In this document: piece after piece, positions 1 through 12,383 of the stretch
How positions within the stretch are numbered: the stretch's first letter is position 1
Layout: every line of letters starts with the position of its first letter
Source of the DNA: Mobula hypostoma
Lineage: Eukaryota
Assembly: GCF_963921235.1 (NCBI RefSeq)
Contig: NC_086108.1
Coordinates: 77,936,001 to 78,000,000, forward strand
Direction of reading: 5' to 3'
DNA length: 64,000 nucleotides
The notes under the pieces: generated by a model
Seen by the model: only the letters and a program-made list of their open reading frames with translations
Databases searched by the model: none
Told to the model about the DNA's origin: nothing
Position numbers and translations under genes: made by a program

Positions 1-340
1 ATGGAGCCTCTGAGGGCCCAGGAGCTGACGGTGGGATCTGAGGGAGACGGGATTGCAGAGTATTGGTGGGGGAAGGGGAGACAGGAGTCACAACAACAGC
101 ATATAAAGACCCGGCCTGGAGTTCAAGGCTGGAATCTTGAGAGCTGGGATCAGAGGGGGGAGGGGGGAGGCTGGGGGTGTCAATGGAGAGGGGAGGGTTG
201 GGGTGAGAGGAAGATGGAGCCTCTGAGGGCCCAGGAGTTGACGGTGGGATCTGAGGAAGACGGGGCTGCGGAGTGGTGGTGGGGGAAGGGGAGACGGGAG
301 TCACAACAGCAGCACATAAAGACCCAGCCTGGAGTTCAAG
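1..340. repeat. Tandem direct duplication, period 213 bp (about 1.6 copies visible, cut by the window edge)
   Basis: atggagcctctgagggcccaggag begins at both 1 and 214; the copies match through ...cctggagttcaag; G-rich; the repeated peptide in ORF 1..606 is a by-product. Confidence 0.85.
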
Positions 341-713
341 ATTTTCAAGATCCTGCTTTTCAGATTCTTTCCCGATTCCCAATACTCACTGTGCAGGACC
401 TCTTCATCTTTTCTACTCATGTCATTAATACCAACATGCACCATGTCCTCTCCCTTGATAATGTTCTGCAGCTTCGTCTGAGACGCCCTCAAACAGGAGA
501 CAACACACCATCCTGGTGTTTTTTCATGGCCACAGAATCTCTCTCCTGTCCCTTGACTATTAAATCTCCTACCATTATTGCTCTGCCTGACTTTACTCTT
601 CTCTGATGGCCTCTGAGCCAGCCGGAGCACCATTGACTTGGATGCAGATGCTGTGCCCCGATCAGTCACTTCCCCCCACTGACCTCCAGCAGTTTTGAAA
701 GGGGTATACATCT

Positions 714-1102
714 AGTAACATGAGGAAATGAATTGTAGCAGCAGAGATGTGGTTTTTGAGGAGGATGCAAAGAATATTATGGACGAAACGAATATCTAAC
801 GAGGATGTCATGAACAGAGCAAACACAAAAAGAGAAATAATGTATGAGATCATGAAAAGGCAACGTAACTTCATTGGACATGTGATTAGGAAAGAGGAGT
901 TAGAATGCACGGTAATTATGGGAAAGATTGAAGGGAAGAAAGCAAGAGGAAGACGAACACAAATGATGATAGAGACAGCAGCCAGAGAACTGGAAATGAA
1001 TACCAATGAATTGATCCATTTGAGCCGAAACAGGAGTGTGTGGGCCATGGCAGTCAAAGCTCACACTGGGCATGGTATCTGATGATGACGATGATGATGA
1101 TG
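714..1102 (+). mobile_element. 5'-truncated RTE-clade LINE 3' end
   Basis: ORF 747-1082 resembles the RTE C-terminus (MWFLRRMQRILW...FIGHVIRK...GKIEGKKARGR); (GAT)n tail 1081-1102; 8-bp TSD atacatct at 706-713 and 1103-1110. Confidence 0.85.
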
Positions 1103-1245
1103 ATACATCTCACTGAAGTGAATGCCTGCAGTGACTGCCTACTCCCCCACCTCTCCTGATGGTCTGAAGGTTGTACTTTGGGTGGGACCATCTCCGTAGA
1201 AGTCTCATCTATGAGGTTCTCAGCTTTCCGTATTATCTAAATTAG

Positions 1246-3232
1246 TTAAGACCATCACCTACAGGGGCATGGGCTGTCAACAGCAGCTCAGTAGAGTCCT
1301 CTGTCCTGGGCTAGTCTTCAAGTTGTCCCCAGGTGTAGCCCATTTTCTTGGTATCAGCTTCAAGGTCACATCACCAGGTGTTCCACTTTCCCTGGGGATT
1401 TCACATTAGTGCTTGCCTGGAGATGTTGGTACTTGGCATCTCTATATTCTTGACCCTGAATTTTCTTCCTCTGGTAAATGGTGTCTTCTGTGCTATAGAT
1501 TAGTGTTGCTGATGACTTCTGGCCAGTGGATCTAGAGGATTTTTCTCAGCTACATATTTATAAATGTCTGCACTTTCCTGATGAGAGTCTTTGCGATCCA
1601 AAAGACCATAATACATAGGAGCAAAATTAGGCCATTCAGCCTATCAAGTCTGCTCTACCATTCCATCATGGCTGATCCTGGATCCCACTCAACCTCATAC
1701 ACCTGCCTTCTTGCTAAATCCTTTGAAGCCCTGACTGAACAGAAAACAATTGACTTCTGCCTTAAATATACCCACGGACTTGGCCTCCACCACACTCTGT
1801 GGCAGAGCATTCCACAGATTTACCACTCTCTGGCTAAAAAAAAAATTCCTCCTGACCTCTGTTTTAAAGGGTCGCCCCTCGATTTTGAAGTTGTGCCGTC
1901 TATTTCTGAATCCCCCCACCATAGGAAATACCCTCTCTACATCCACCCTATCTAGTCCTTTCAACATTCAGTAGGCTTCAATGAGATCCCCACAATTCTT
2001 CTAAATTCCAATGAGTACAGGCACAATGCTGCCATACGCACATCATATGTTAACTCCTTCATTCCTGGAATCATCCTCGTGAACCTCCTCTGGACTCTCT
2101 CCAATGACAACAAATCCTTTCTGAGATATGAGACCCAAAACTGTTGACAATACTCTAAGTGCGGCCTGACTAGTGTCTTAAAAAAGCTCAGCATTATCTC
2201 CTTGCTTTTGTATTCTAATCCCCTTGAAATAAATGGCAACATTGCATTTGCTTTCTTTACCACAGATTCAACCCGTAAATTAACCTTCTGGGAATCTTGC
2301 ACGAAGACTCCTAAGTCCCTCTGCACCTCTGATGTTTGAACCTTTTCCCCACTTAGATAATAGTCCGCACTATTGTTCCTTTTACCAAAATGCATTATCA
2401 TACATTTCCCAACTCTGTATTCTATCTGCTAGTTTTTCTGTCCATTCTTCCAGTTCATCTAAGTCCTGCTGTAATCGCATTGCTTTCTCAGCACCACTTA
2501 CCCCTCCACCTATCTTTGTATCATCCACAAACTTTGTCACAAAGCCATCAATTCCATAATCTGAATCACTGACAAACAATGTGAAAAGCAGCAGTCCCAA
2601 TACTGACCCCTGAGAAACACCACTAGTCACCGGCATCCAACCAGAAAAGGCCCCTTTTATTCCCACTCGTTGCCTCCTGCCTGTCAGCCATTCCCCTATC
2701 CATGCCAGTATCTTTCCTGTAATGCCACAGGGTTTTATCGTGTTAAGCAACCTCATGTGGCACCTTATCAAACGCCATATGAAAATCCAAGTAAATGACA
2801 TCCACTGCCTCTCCTTTGTCCACCCTGTTTGTTACTTCCTCAAATAACTCTAACAGATTTGTCAGGCAAGATCTCCCTTTACAGAAACCATGCTGACTTT
2901 GACTTATTTTATCATTAGTCTCCAAGTAGCTTGAAATCTCATCTTTAATAATAGACTCCAATACTTTCCCAACCACTGAGGTTATACTAACTGGCTTAAC
3001 TGCTCTGTATAGAAGAACTGACTTCACACTGGAGTTGAACAGCCTGGCCTTAATACATTGTGTCAGCTCCTTGGAGCATCAGATGTTCTTGAGTTGGATG
3101 ATCCTTGTCTTGCCATCTGTATCGGTGCTGCCCTGTCCGTTAATGACACCACACAGGTAGGTGAAGGCTTCTATCTCCTCAAGAGGATTTCCCTCGAGAG
3201 TGACTAGGTTGATGCAGGTTGAGTTGATTGTT
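1246..3232 (-). mobile_element. Old RTE-clade LINE fragment split by a CR1 insertion (pieces ~1246-1595 and ~2998-3232)
   Basis: Minus-strand remnants read LEEIEAFTYL...LFNSSVKSVLLY, then after the CR1 KVQTFIN...HWPEVISN...ALMxNPQGK...LAQDRG, typical of the RTE C-terminal region. Confidence 0.7.
1601..2997 (-). mobile_element. CR1 LINE 3' part (RT plus 3' UTR), frameshifted
   Basis: ORFs 2743-3027, 2382-2801, 1961-2401 and 1695-1967 give [49 protein letters not shown]. Confidence 0.9.
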
Positions 3233-3845
3233 AGGGAGCATTCTGGAGTTTTGTGAATATAACAGATAGTAATTCAAGCAAGAAGCAGCTTTCAGTTCTT
3301 AATTGTATCTGCAAGTGGCAAATTGAAGTTAAAAGCACAGGCTGGCCCACGGATTGCACATGCATCAGCCAAATATGCATCAGGTGGTGTTAGTTGGCTT
3401 GCATCAAGTCGGGCAACATGGATTTAAGTAATTTGCACCATTGTGACTTGAGTTAAAGGAAGCTTTGAGACCAGACTAATATTGTCATGTCAATTATTTT
3501 GTTCTAGCCAACGTATTTTCAAATTCAGAGGTGTTTCCCACTGTAGATATGCAATTCAAAGGAAACATTGTCACCCCAAAGTATTGAAGTAAGCAATGTC
3601 ATTGCAACTATTGAAACTGTATTGAATCACATATTGATATTAAGGGTTTAAAAATGTGATGTACTTTTGAGTTTGTGAGACTCTAACATGAGTGTCTCCA
3701 GAAGAACCCCTGTTTGTTGTGATGAATAAAAACTTCATTATCATCATTTTTAAGCCTCTCCAATGGCTTTCATCATAGTCACAGTATTTGGGGCCTGTCA
3801 GGGATACAATCAAGACCCACTGTATGGCCAGTGACTTAAGCAGTG

Positions 3846-4084
3846 TGTGGTAAACCATATATATATATGTTGTAACTGGGTTACCTGTCTGGACACGCCC
3901 CTCTGCTGACTGCCCCTGTGGCTTCTCCCACAGAGTCCTGTATAAAGGTGTTCGCCTTGCCCCTCCCCCTCAGTCCGGGGCAGACACTCACCGTGGAGGT
4001 CGTGGAGATCGTATTGTACAGCAAATAAAAGCCTTTCAGTATTTTACCAAACCTCAGTCTTTTGGAGTTATTGAAGGTGCTTCA
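3846..4084 (+). repeat. 5' LTR (239 bp)
   Basis: Direct repeat of 8130-8357; TATAAA 3941-3946, Inr-like tcagt ~3970, AATAAA 4024-4029; by eye about 7 substitutions plus 2-bp and 9-bp indels versus the 3' LTR. Confidence 0.95.
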
Positions 4085-4867
4085 ATCTTATTCGCTGTAC
4101 ATTTTAAAGCATGGAACATGTACTAAGACCAGACAAATTAGACCTCGATCCCCAAACACCTGAAGCTGGAAACGCTTTCGAACTCTGGCTGTCCTGCTTC
4201 TAATCATACCTAGAGGAGATTAAAGCGACCGACCCCGTAGCGAAGCGCAGAGTTCTACTCTCCAGGGTCAGTCCACGGGTCTATTCGCTGATCAGAGACC
4301 AGCCGAGCTACGACGGCGCGATGAGCGCCCTCAAAGGACAATACCTGCGGCCGATAAACAGTGTCTATGCTCGGCACCGTTTAGCGACACGGCAACAACG
4401 CCCCGGGGAATCAAGTGCTGAGTTCGTCCGGGCACTACGGACGCTCGTGCGAGCCTGCAATTGCCAGGAGCTGACGGCGGCGCAGCATGCAGAGCTCCTG
4501 GTGAGAGACGCCTTCGTCATGGGGACCAGGTCAGTGTACGTGCGCCAGCGGCTGCTGGAAAAAGCCGATCTTACTCTAAGTTCGGCGATGGAGCTGGCTG
4601 ATATGTTGGAGGCTGCTCTGAGCAACTCTGAGGATCTCCAGGCACGCGATCCCCCGATGGCCTCGTGGGCGCCGCAGACCCCGCAACCCGCCGGCGAATC
4701 TACCTCGACTGCCGCCAGTCGTGAGTCCGCGAAGTGCTACTTCTGCGGACTGGAGAAGCACCCCCGGAAACGCTGCCCGGCCCGACAAGCTACCTGCTCC
4801 AGCTGCGGAAAGAAGGGCCACCTCGCCAAGGTCTGTAAGTCAAAACCGCGAGGATCGAGCAGTGCCG

Positions 4868-4985
4868 CGTGCAAGACATGGGGGCCGCCATCTTCCCTGC
4901 ACGCCACCACCACGTGCGAGACATGGGGGCCGCCATCTTCCCTGCACGCCACCACCACGTGCGAGACATGGGGGCGGCCATCTTG
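4868..4985 (+). repeat. 45-bp in-frame tandem repeat (~2.5 copies) in the gag-protease linker
   Basis: acatggggg starts at 4876, 4921 and 4966; encodes (TWGPPSSLHATTTCE)n. Confidence 0.9.
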
Positions 4986-5497
4986 GTCGGCGCCACCTCC
5001 CACCGCCTACGACCAACGGGTGCTCACGGGGCACCCCACCGCGCCGGACCAAGACAGCGACCCCACCCTAGGTTCCGTGACCCTCGACCAAAGCGCTCCT
5101 CAGCAGCTCGCAAGGTCAATGATGGACATCCTGGTGGAGGGGCACAGGACAAACTGCCTGTTTGACACGGGCAGCAGGGAGAGTTTTATCCATCCGGACA
5201 CAGTGCAGCATTGCGGACTCATGATACGGCCGGTAAGTCAGAGGGTTGCCATGGCTTCCGGGTCGCATACAACAGACATCCAGGGGTGGGGTTGTGTAGC
5301 GACACTAGTGGTGCAGGGCACAGAATATCGAGACTTTACGTTACTGGTCATGCCTCAACTGTGTGCCCCTGAGCTATTGGGGCTCGACTTCCAGAGCCAC
5401 CTGAAGACCGTGACAATGAAGTATGATGGGCCCCTCCCGCCAATTACTGTCGTAAATCCCCAGTTTTGTAGAGATATGTCACGTACCCCGCTACTGA

Positions 5498-5498
<1 letters not shown>

Positions 5499-5547
<49 letters not shown>
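5499..5547 (+). repeat. (CA)n microsatellite inside the pol ORF
   Basis: Pure CA run translated as (TH)n between protease and RT. Confidence 0.95.
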
Positions 5548-5548
<1 letters not shown>

Positions 5549-8129
5549 GACCCGCACATCCCACCCAACACCATGCCAAATGCCGCACTACCAACGCTAC
5601 TTGTGGCCTCTCCACCCTCAGGATCCCTCCCCCACTGCTGTTCGCCAACCTGACCCCCAACTGTAAACCTGTGGCAACTAAAAGCAGGAGGTACAGCGCG
5701 GGGGACAGAGCCTTCATTAAGTCGGAGGTGCAGCGGCTGCTCAGGGAGGGGGTCATTGAGGCAAGCACAAGTCCTTGGAGGGCGCAGGTGGTGGTTGTTC
5801 GGAATGGGGAGAAGAATAGGATGGTCGTGGACTATAGCCAGACCATCAATACGTTCACGCAGCTCGACGTGTACCCTCTACCCTGCATCGCGGGTATGGT
5901 TAATCAGATAGCACAGTACAAGGTGTACTCGACCATAGACCTAAAATCCGCTTGCCATCAGCTCCCCATCCGCCGGGAGGACTGCCCTTACACCGTCTTC
6001 GAGGCAGACGGCAGGCTTTATCAATTCCTGCGCGTCCCCTTCGGTGTCACGAATGGTGTATCTGTCTTCCAGAGGGCAATGGAACGGATGGTGGAACAGT
6101 GCCAACTGAAGGCCACATTCCCATATCTGTATAGCATCACCATCTGCGGTCACGACCAGCAGGATCACGACAACAACCTCCAAAAATGTCTCCAAGCAGT
6201 TAAAGCTTTCAACCTCACCTATAACAAGGACAAGTGTGTATTCGGGACCACCCGACTTGCTATCCTTGGGTGTGTCGTGGAGAATGGAGTCATTGGCCCT
6301 GACCCCGACTGTATACGCCCCCTGTTGGAACTCCCTCTTCCCAACACCCTCAGAGCCCTCAAAAGGTGCCTGGGCTTCTTTTCATATTACACCCAATGGG
6401 TCTCTAACTACGCAGACAAGGCCCACCCCCTGGTCAAGTCCACCACATTCCCCCTCTCAGCCGAGGCCCGTGCGGCCTTCAACCGCATAAAAGGGGACAT
6501 TGCCAAAGCAGCAATGCATGGGGTGGATGAGGCCATTCCCTTCCAATTAGAGAGTGACGCCTCTGACTTTGCGCTGGCTGCTCCCCTCAACCAGGCGGGA
6601 AGACTGGTGGCGTTCTTCTCCTATACTCTTCAAGGCCCTGAAATTCGGCATTCTGTGGTAGAGAAAGAGGCCCAGGCCATAGTGGAGGCTATTAGGCACT
6701 GGAGGCACTATCTTGCCGGCAAAAGGTTCACTCTGCTAACTGACAGCACTCAGTCGCATTCATGTTTAATAATCGGCAGCGGGGCAAAATCAAAAACGAT
6801 AAAATTCTGAGGTGGAGAATCGAACTCTCCACCTACAACTATGACATCATGTACCGGCCTGGGAAGCTCAACGAGCCCTCCAATGCCCTATCCCGGGGAA
6901 CGTGCGCCAGCGCGCAGATCGACTGGCTATACGCCCTACATGTAGACCTTTGCCACCCGGGAGTCATCCGGCTTTTCCACTTCGTGAAAGCCTGGAACCT
7001 GCCTTACTCCCTTGAGGAGATCAGGATGATGACCAGGGACTGCCAAGTCTGCGCAGGGTGCAAACCGCACTTCTACCGACCCGAAAAGGCACAACTCATC
7101 AAGGCCACCTGCCCTTTTGAGCGATTGAGTATTGATTTTAAGGGCCCCCTTCCCTCCACCGACCGCAATGTGTACTTTCTCAACGTTATCGACGAGTACT
7201 CGCGGTTCCCCTTCACCATCCCCTGCCCCGACACCACTACCACGTCAGTTATAAAAGCCCTGCGCAAGCTCTTCACTCCGTTCGGATACCCATGCTATAT
7301 CCACAGTGACAGAGGGTCCTCGTTTATGAGTGACGAGCTGCGCCAATAGCTACTGGCTAGGGGAATTGCAACCAGTAGGACCACGAGCTATAATCCCCGG
7401 GGGAATGGACAGGTGGAGAAGGAGAATGGCACAGTGTGGAAAGCCACACTCTTAGCCCTCAGGTCAAAGGGACTGCCGGTCTCCCGCTGGCAGGAGGTCC
7501 TTCCCGAGGCACTCCACTCCATCCGCTCCCTGTTATGCACGGCTACCAATGCCACCCCTCATGAGCGGCTCTTTTCCCAGAAAGTCGACCACTGGAACCA
7601 CCTTACCAACTTGGCTGACGTCCCCGGGGCCAGTGCTGCTCTGGAAACATGTGAGGAGCAATAAATACTCCCCGATGGTCAAGAGGGTTCACTTACTTCA
7701 TGCGAACCCTCAGTATGCCTACGTGGTTTTACCTGATGGGCGGGAGGACACGGTCTCCATCCGCGACCTGGTGCCCGCAGGAGCACCGAGCCCCTACCCT
7801 GAACACTCCATGGTGACTATTAACCCCGTATCCGCCGATATATATACCCACGAGACACCGCGCACTCCAAACCCTACCCAGACACCACACGACTCTCCCA
7901 TAACGGGCACGACGCACACGCGCGAGGAATTAACAACGCCTAATGTGCTGGCACCTGAAGTCAGGCCGGAGCCAGCACAACCGCCATCGCCAGTGCAATC
8001 ACCACTGGTGCTACGTAGATCACAGCGACGGACTCGACCGCCTGATAGACTTAACCTGTAATATACTTGTTGTAAATATTGTCAGTCACTTCACCCCGCA
8101 GGACTCTTTTTTAAAAAAGGAGGGGTGAA

Positions 8130-8357
8130 TGTGGTAAACCATATATATATGTTGTGACTGGGTTAACTGTCTGGACACACCCCTCTGCTGACTGCCCCTG
8201 TGGCTCCCCCCACAGAGTCCAGTATAAAGGTGTTCGCCTTGCCCCTCCCCCTCAGTCCGGGGCAGACACTCACCGTGGAGGTCGTATTGTACGGCAAATA
8301 AAAGCCTTTCAGTATTTTACCAAACCTCAGTCTTTTGGAGTTATTGAAGGTGCTTCA
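8130..8357 (+). repeat. 3' LTR (228 bp)
   Basis: Preceded by PPT aaaaaaggaggggtgaa; ends tgcttca followed by TSD cagtg. Confidence 0.95.
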
Positions 8358-8905
8358 CAGTGTAAGGGGGTGAGTATTTTTAAGAATAGCACTCAGGTTT
8401 ACCTCAGCTCAATGAGATCACAAAGTATCAAAGAACATGGCGGAGTAATAAGTTGGTAGATATAAAGGCGTGTGCGTTTGTGTGAGGGACCAGTTATCAA
8501 ACAGTCTTGGGTAACTTGGTGAGACAGGGCCATCATTTGTGACAGATGATTACTAACTGTTCAGGATGCCTGCGGGTGTGTATAAATGCATTCTGGAGAT
8601 GATATGTTGTAGCTTTGGCCTATCAAGCCATCGTTGGAGGCAGCGTACTAAAATGGGAGGCAAGTGCGAGATGCACTCACTGAGACCAACACAAAAACCA
8701 CAGCAGTGCCCTCTCTGTCCGATTTGACTACTGATCAGATCATGGAGCTGGTGAAGACATAATCCAAGGCAGACAAATGGCTGGTGGAAGGCTCTATTGC
8801 TAGTAGTGGTCACCCACAGATGTACACAAGAGGTTTATTAGGGGGAGGCGACAAAGTTTTGTGTTAGTGGACACGGGGTTATTAGCATCAATAACTGATC
8901 TACCC

Positions 8906-9945
8906 TTGCAGTGACTAGTGGCGTACCGCAAGGCTCAGTGCTGGGACCCCAGTTGTTTACAATATATATTAATGACTTAGATGAGGGAATTAAATGCAGC
9001 ATCTCCAAGTTTGCAGATGACACGAAGCTGGGGCAGCTGTGTTAGCTGTAAGGAGGATGCTAAGAGGATGCAGGGTGACTTGGATAGGTTAGGTGAGTGG
9101 GCAAATTCATGGCAGATGCAATTTAATGTGGATAAATGTGAAGTTATCCACTTTGGTGGCAAAAACAGGAAAACAGATTATTATCTGAATGGTGGCCGAT
9201 TAGGAAAAGGGGAGGTGCAATGAGACCTGGGTGTCATTATACACCAGTCATTGAAAGTGGGCATGCAGGTACAGCAGGCGGTGAGAAAGGCGAATGGTAT
9301 GCTGGCATTCATAGCAAGAGGATTCGAGTACAGGAGCAGGGAGGTACTACTGCAGTTGTACAAGGCCTTGGTGAGACCACACCTGGAGTATTGTGTGCAG
9401 TTTTGGTCCCCTAATCTGAGGAAAGACATCCTTGTCATAGAGGAAGTACAAAGAAGGTTCACCAGATTGATTCCTGGGATGGCAGGACTTTCATATGATG
9501 AAGGACTGGATCGACCAGGCTTATACTCGTTGGAATTTAGAAGATTGAGGGGGGATCTTACTGAAACGTATAAAATCCTAAAGGGATTGGACAGGCTTGA
9601 TGCAGGAAGATTGTTCCCGATGTTGGGGAAGTCCAGAACGAGGGGTCACAGTTTGAGGATAAAGGGGAAGCCTTTTAGGACCGAGATTAGGAAAACTTTC
9701 TTCACACAGAGAGTGGTGAATCTGTGGAATTCTCAGCCACAGGAAACAGTTGAGGTCAGTTCATTGGCTATATTTAAGAGGGAGTTAGATATGACCCTTG
9801 TGGCTAAAGGGATCAGGGGGTATGGGGGTAGGCTGGTACAGGGTTCTGAGTTGGATGATCAGCCATGATCATACTGAATGGCGGTGCAGGCTCGAAGGGC
9901 CAAATGGCCTACTCCTGCACCTATTTTCTATGTTTCTATGTTTCT
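8906..9945 (+). mobile_element. 5'-truncated CR1 LINE
   Basis: [10 protein letters not shown]...KFADD region; ORF 9251-9868 is the CR1 ORF2 C-terminus; (ctatgttt)n tail at ~9928-9945. Confidence 0.9.
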
Positions 9946-10489
9946 TGCCCACAATTGGAGAGGTGAATTACATTACCAGTACATGGGCTGAAACAATGAA
10001 GGCAGAGAGAAGTAAGTCACAGGCAATGGAGATAGAGTGAGCACAACTCCCTGCAGATTTTTGGGTGTGCCCAAGCAATGAGCAAACTGTCCTAGAACAG
10101 ATACTGAGTAAAGCAGGTGCTATCACAGACTCAGCAAAGGGAGACATAACATAGACAAGACAGGGGCGGCAAACAGATATGATCTTCAGAGCAGACAACA
10201 TGGCCCACAGAGAGACAGCAAACCCCGAGCAGGGACAGGAGATAAAACAACGTATGTGAATCATGTCAGGAGGACCCAATGATAGGAGCCAAATACAGTC
10301 AGAAAGTACTAAAAGCAATACAGCAGCCTGCAGAAGTAGCAGCATTTAAAGTAATGGCTTGCCAGAAAGGGGAGAGAAAGGTGAAGAAGGAGAATGAGAG
10401 TGCAGATCATGGGGCAAAGATATAAGAGGAACATGGGTCAACAGGAGTTGAAAGTGCACAGGAAGAAACTACGGGAGCCAATTCAGCAA

Positions 10490-12290
10490 GATTATAAAAC
10501 CATAGGAGCAAAATTAGGCCATTTGGCTCATCAAGTCTGTTCCACCATTCAATCATGGCCGATCCATTTTTATCCTCCTTAGACCCACTCCCCAGCCTTC
10601 TCCCCATAACCTTTGATGCCATGTCCAATCAAAAACCTATCAAGATCTGCCTTAAATACACCCAACGATCTGGTCTCCACAGCTGCCTGTGGCTAAAGAA
10701 ATTTCTCTGCATCTCTGTTTCAAATGGACGCCCTATCCTGCGGCTGTGCCCTCTTGTCCTAGACTCCCCCACCATGGGAAACACCCTTTCCACATCTACT
10801 CTGTCTAGGCCTTTTAACATTCGAAAGATTTTTTTGAGATCCCCCCTCATCTTTTTAATTCCAGCAATTACAGGCCCGGAGCTATCAAATGTTCCTCATA
10901 TGATAACCTTTTCATTCCCAGAATCATCCTTGTGAACCTCCTCTGAAATGTATCCAATGCCAGCACATTTTTTCTGAGATGAAGAACCGAAAACTGTTCA
11001 TAATAACTAAGGTGAGGCCTCACCAGTGCCTTATAAAGCCATTATAAATCACATCCCTATTCTTGTTTTCTAAACCTCTTGAAATGGATGCTAACATTGC
11101 ATTTGTCTTCCTTACCACTGACTCTACCTGCAAGTAAACCTTTACGGCATTCTGCACAAGGACACCCCGTGTCCCTTTGCATCTCTGATTTTTGGGTTTT
11201 CTCCCCTTTCAGAAAATAGTCTGCAGATTTATTTCTACTACCAAAGTGCCTGACCACACATTTTCCAACATTGTATTTCATTTACCACTCTCTTGCCCAT
11301 TCTGCTAATCTGTTTAAGTCGTTCTGCAGCCTACCTGTTTTCTCAACACTACCTGTCCCTCCACCAATCTATACATCATCTGCAAACTTGGCAACAAAGC
11401 CATCTATTCCATCATCTAAATCATTGATATACAGCTTTAAAACTTTAAGAAGGATTATTTAACTAGGGAAGCAAAGATTCCCTTCATTTTGGATCCGTTC
11501 CCCAATACCCAACCTATCATGTCCCTATGTGCATGCTCACTTCTCAAGAACTATGACCCCCAGATGCCATATTACTTCAAAATTTTCTTATCTTGCTCCA
11601 TCTAAATAATAATTTGCTTTTTCATTCTTTCATCAAAATGGATAACCTCACATTTTCCCATATTATACTCCATCTGCCAACCTTTTATCTACACTTAACT
11701 TACCTAAATGAGTATGCACTTTGTGCCCTCTTCACAACTGGCTCACCTAACTTTGTACCATCAGCAAATCTGGTTATCATACCTTCTTGTCTCTTCATCT
11801 GATTCATCACAATATATTGTAAATAATCAAGGCCCAAGGACTGATTCCTATGACAGCACACCAGTTACTGATCACCTATGGAAAAATCTACTTATCTCAG
11901 CTTTCCGTTTTGCATTAGTTTGCTAATACTTGCAACCCTTTTCTGTAATCTTTTATCTGGTCGCTTAATGAATGCTTTTGGGAAGCAAACTTTTTACTCG
12001 TTGAGCACTAGTTGTCACAACCTCAAAGTACTTTGGCAAAACTGTCCCTATTTCACAAAATCAACGTGGACTGTTCTCCATTTGTCTTTTGATTTTCTAA
12101 TTGTCCTGCTATTACATTATTGTTATCTATTAGGGATTAAAGCATCTTCCCAATAACAGATGGTATGTTAATCAGCCTATCGTTTTCTGCTTTCTTTCTC
12201 CTTTCTTTTTTGAATAGTTGCATAACATTTGCAAATTTTCAAGCCACTGGGTCTTTTCCAGAATTTCTGCAGTCTCTTCCTTTGAGAACA
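10490..12290 (-). mobile_element. Decayed CR1 fragments (younger ~10490-11433, older ~11500-12290)
   Basis: ORFs 10629-10850 and 11057-11281 carry CR1 C-terminal motifs; CR1 3' UTR at ~10500-10620. Confidence 0.75.
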
Positions 12291-12383
12291 CAAGGATGTA
12301 GGTTATCATAACATCATTAGACCATAAGTCATAGGACCAGAATTAGGCCATTCTATCCATCAAATCTGCTCTGCCATTCCATA

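Larger units (their letters stand above)
4111..8061 (+). pseudogene. Gypsy gag-pol polyprotein, disrupted
   Basis: ATG 4111 is in frame with ORF 4321-6810 but has a stop at 4201; zinc knuckles CYFCGLEKHPRKRC and CSSCGKKGHLAKVC; protease LFDTGS; RT VPFGV...YLYS (catalytic YxDx lost); RNase H ESDAS; frameshift ~6745; integrase HHCC and core IDFKG...HSDRG...E with stop at 7347 and another frameshift ~7575. Confidence 0.93.
3846..8357 (+). mobile_element. Full-length Ty3/Gypsy LTR retrotransposon (defective)
   Basis: TG...CA LTRs at 3846-4084 and 8130-8357; 5-bp TSD cagtg at 3841-3845 and 8358-8362; polypurine tract 8113-8129; domain order gag-PR-RT-RH-IN. Confidence 0.97.

Noticed and set aside
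2743..3027. ORF that fuses an RTE peptide (KSVLLYRA) to CR1 RT motifs
   Set aside because: Chance in-frame junction of a CR1 inserted into an older RTE; short and followed by frameshifts.
4365..6590. Many short antisense and alternative-frame ORFs in the Gypsy interior
   Set aside because: Expected shadow ORFs of a GC-rich coding region; no domain support.
9968..10345. ORF with a signal-peptide-like start (MLLLLQAAVLLLVLS)
   Set aside because: No recognisable domain or exon structure; the hydrophobic bias follows from the T-rich minus strand.
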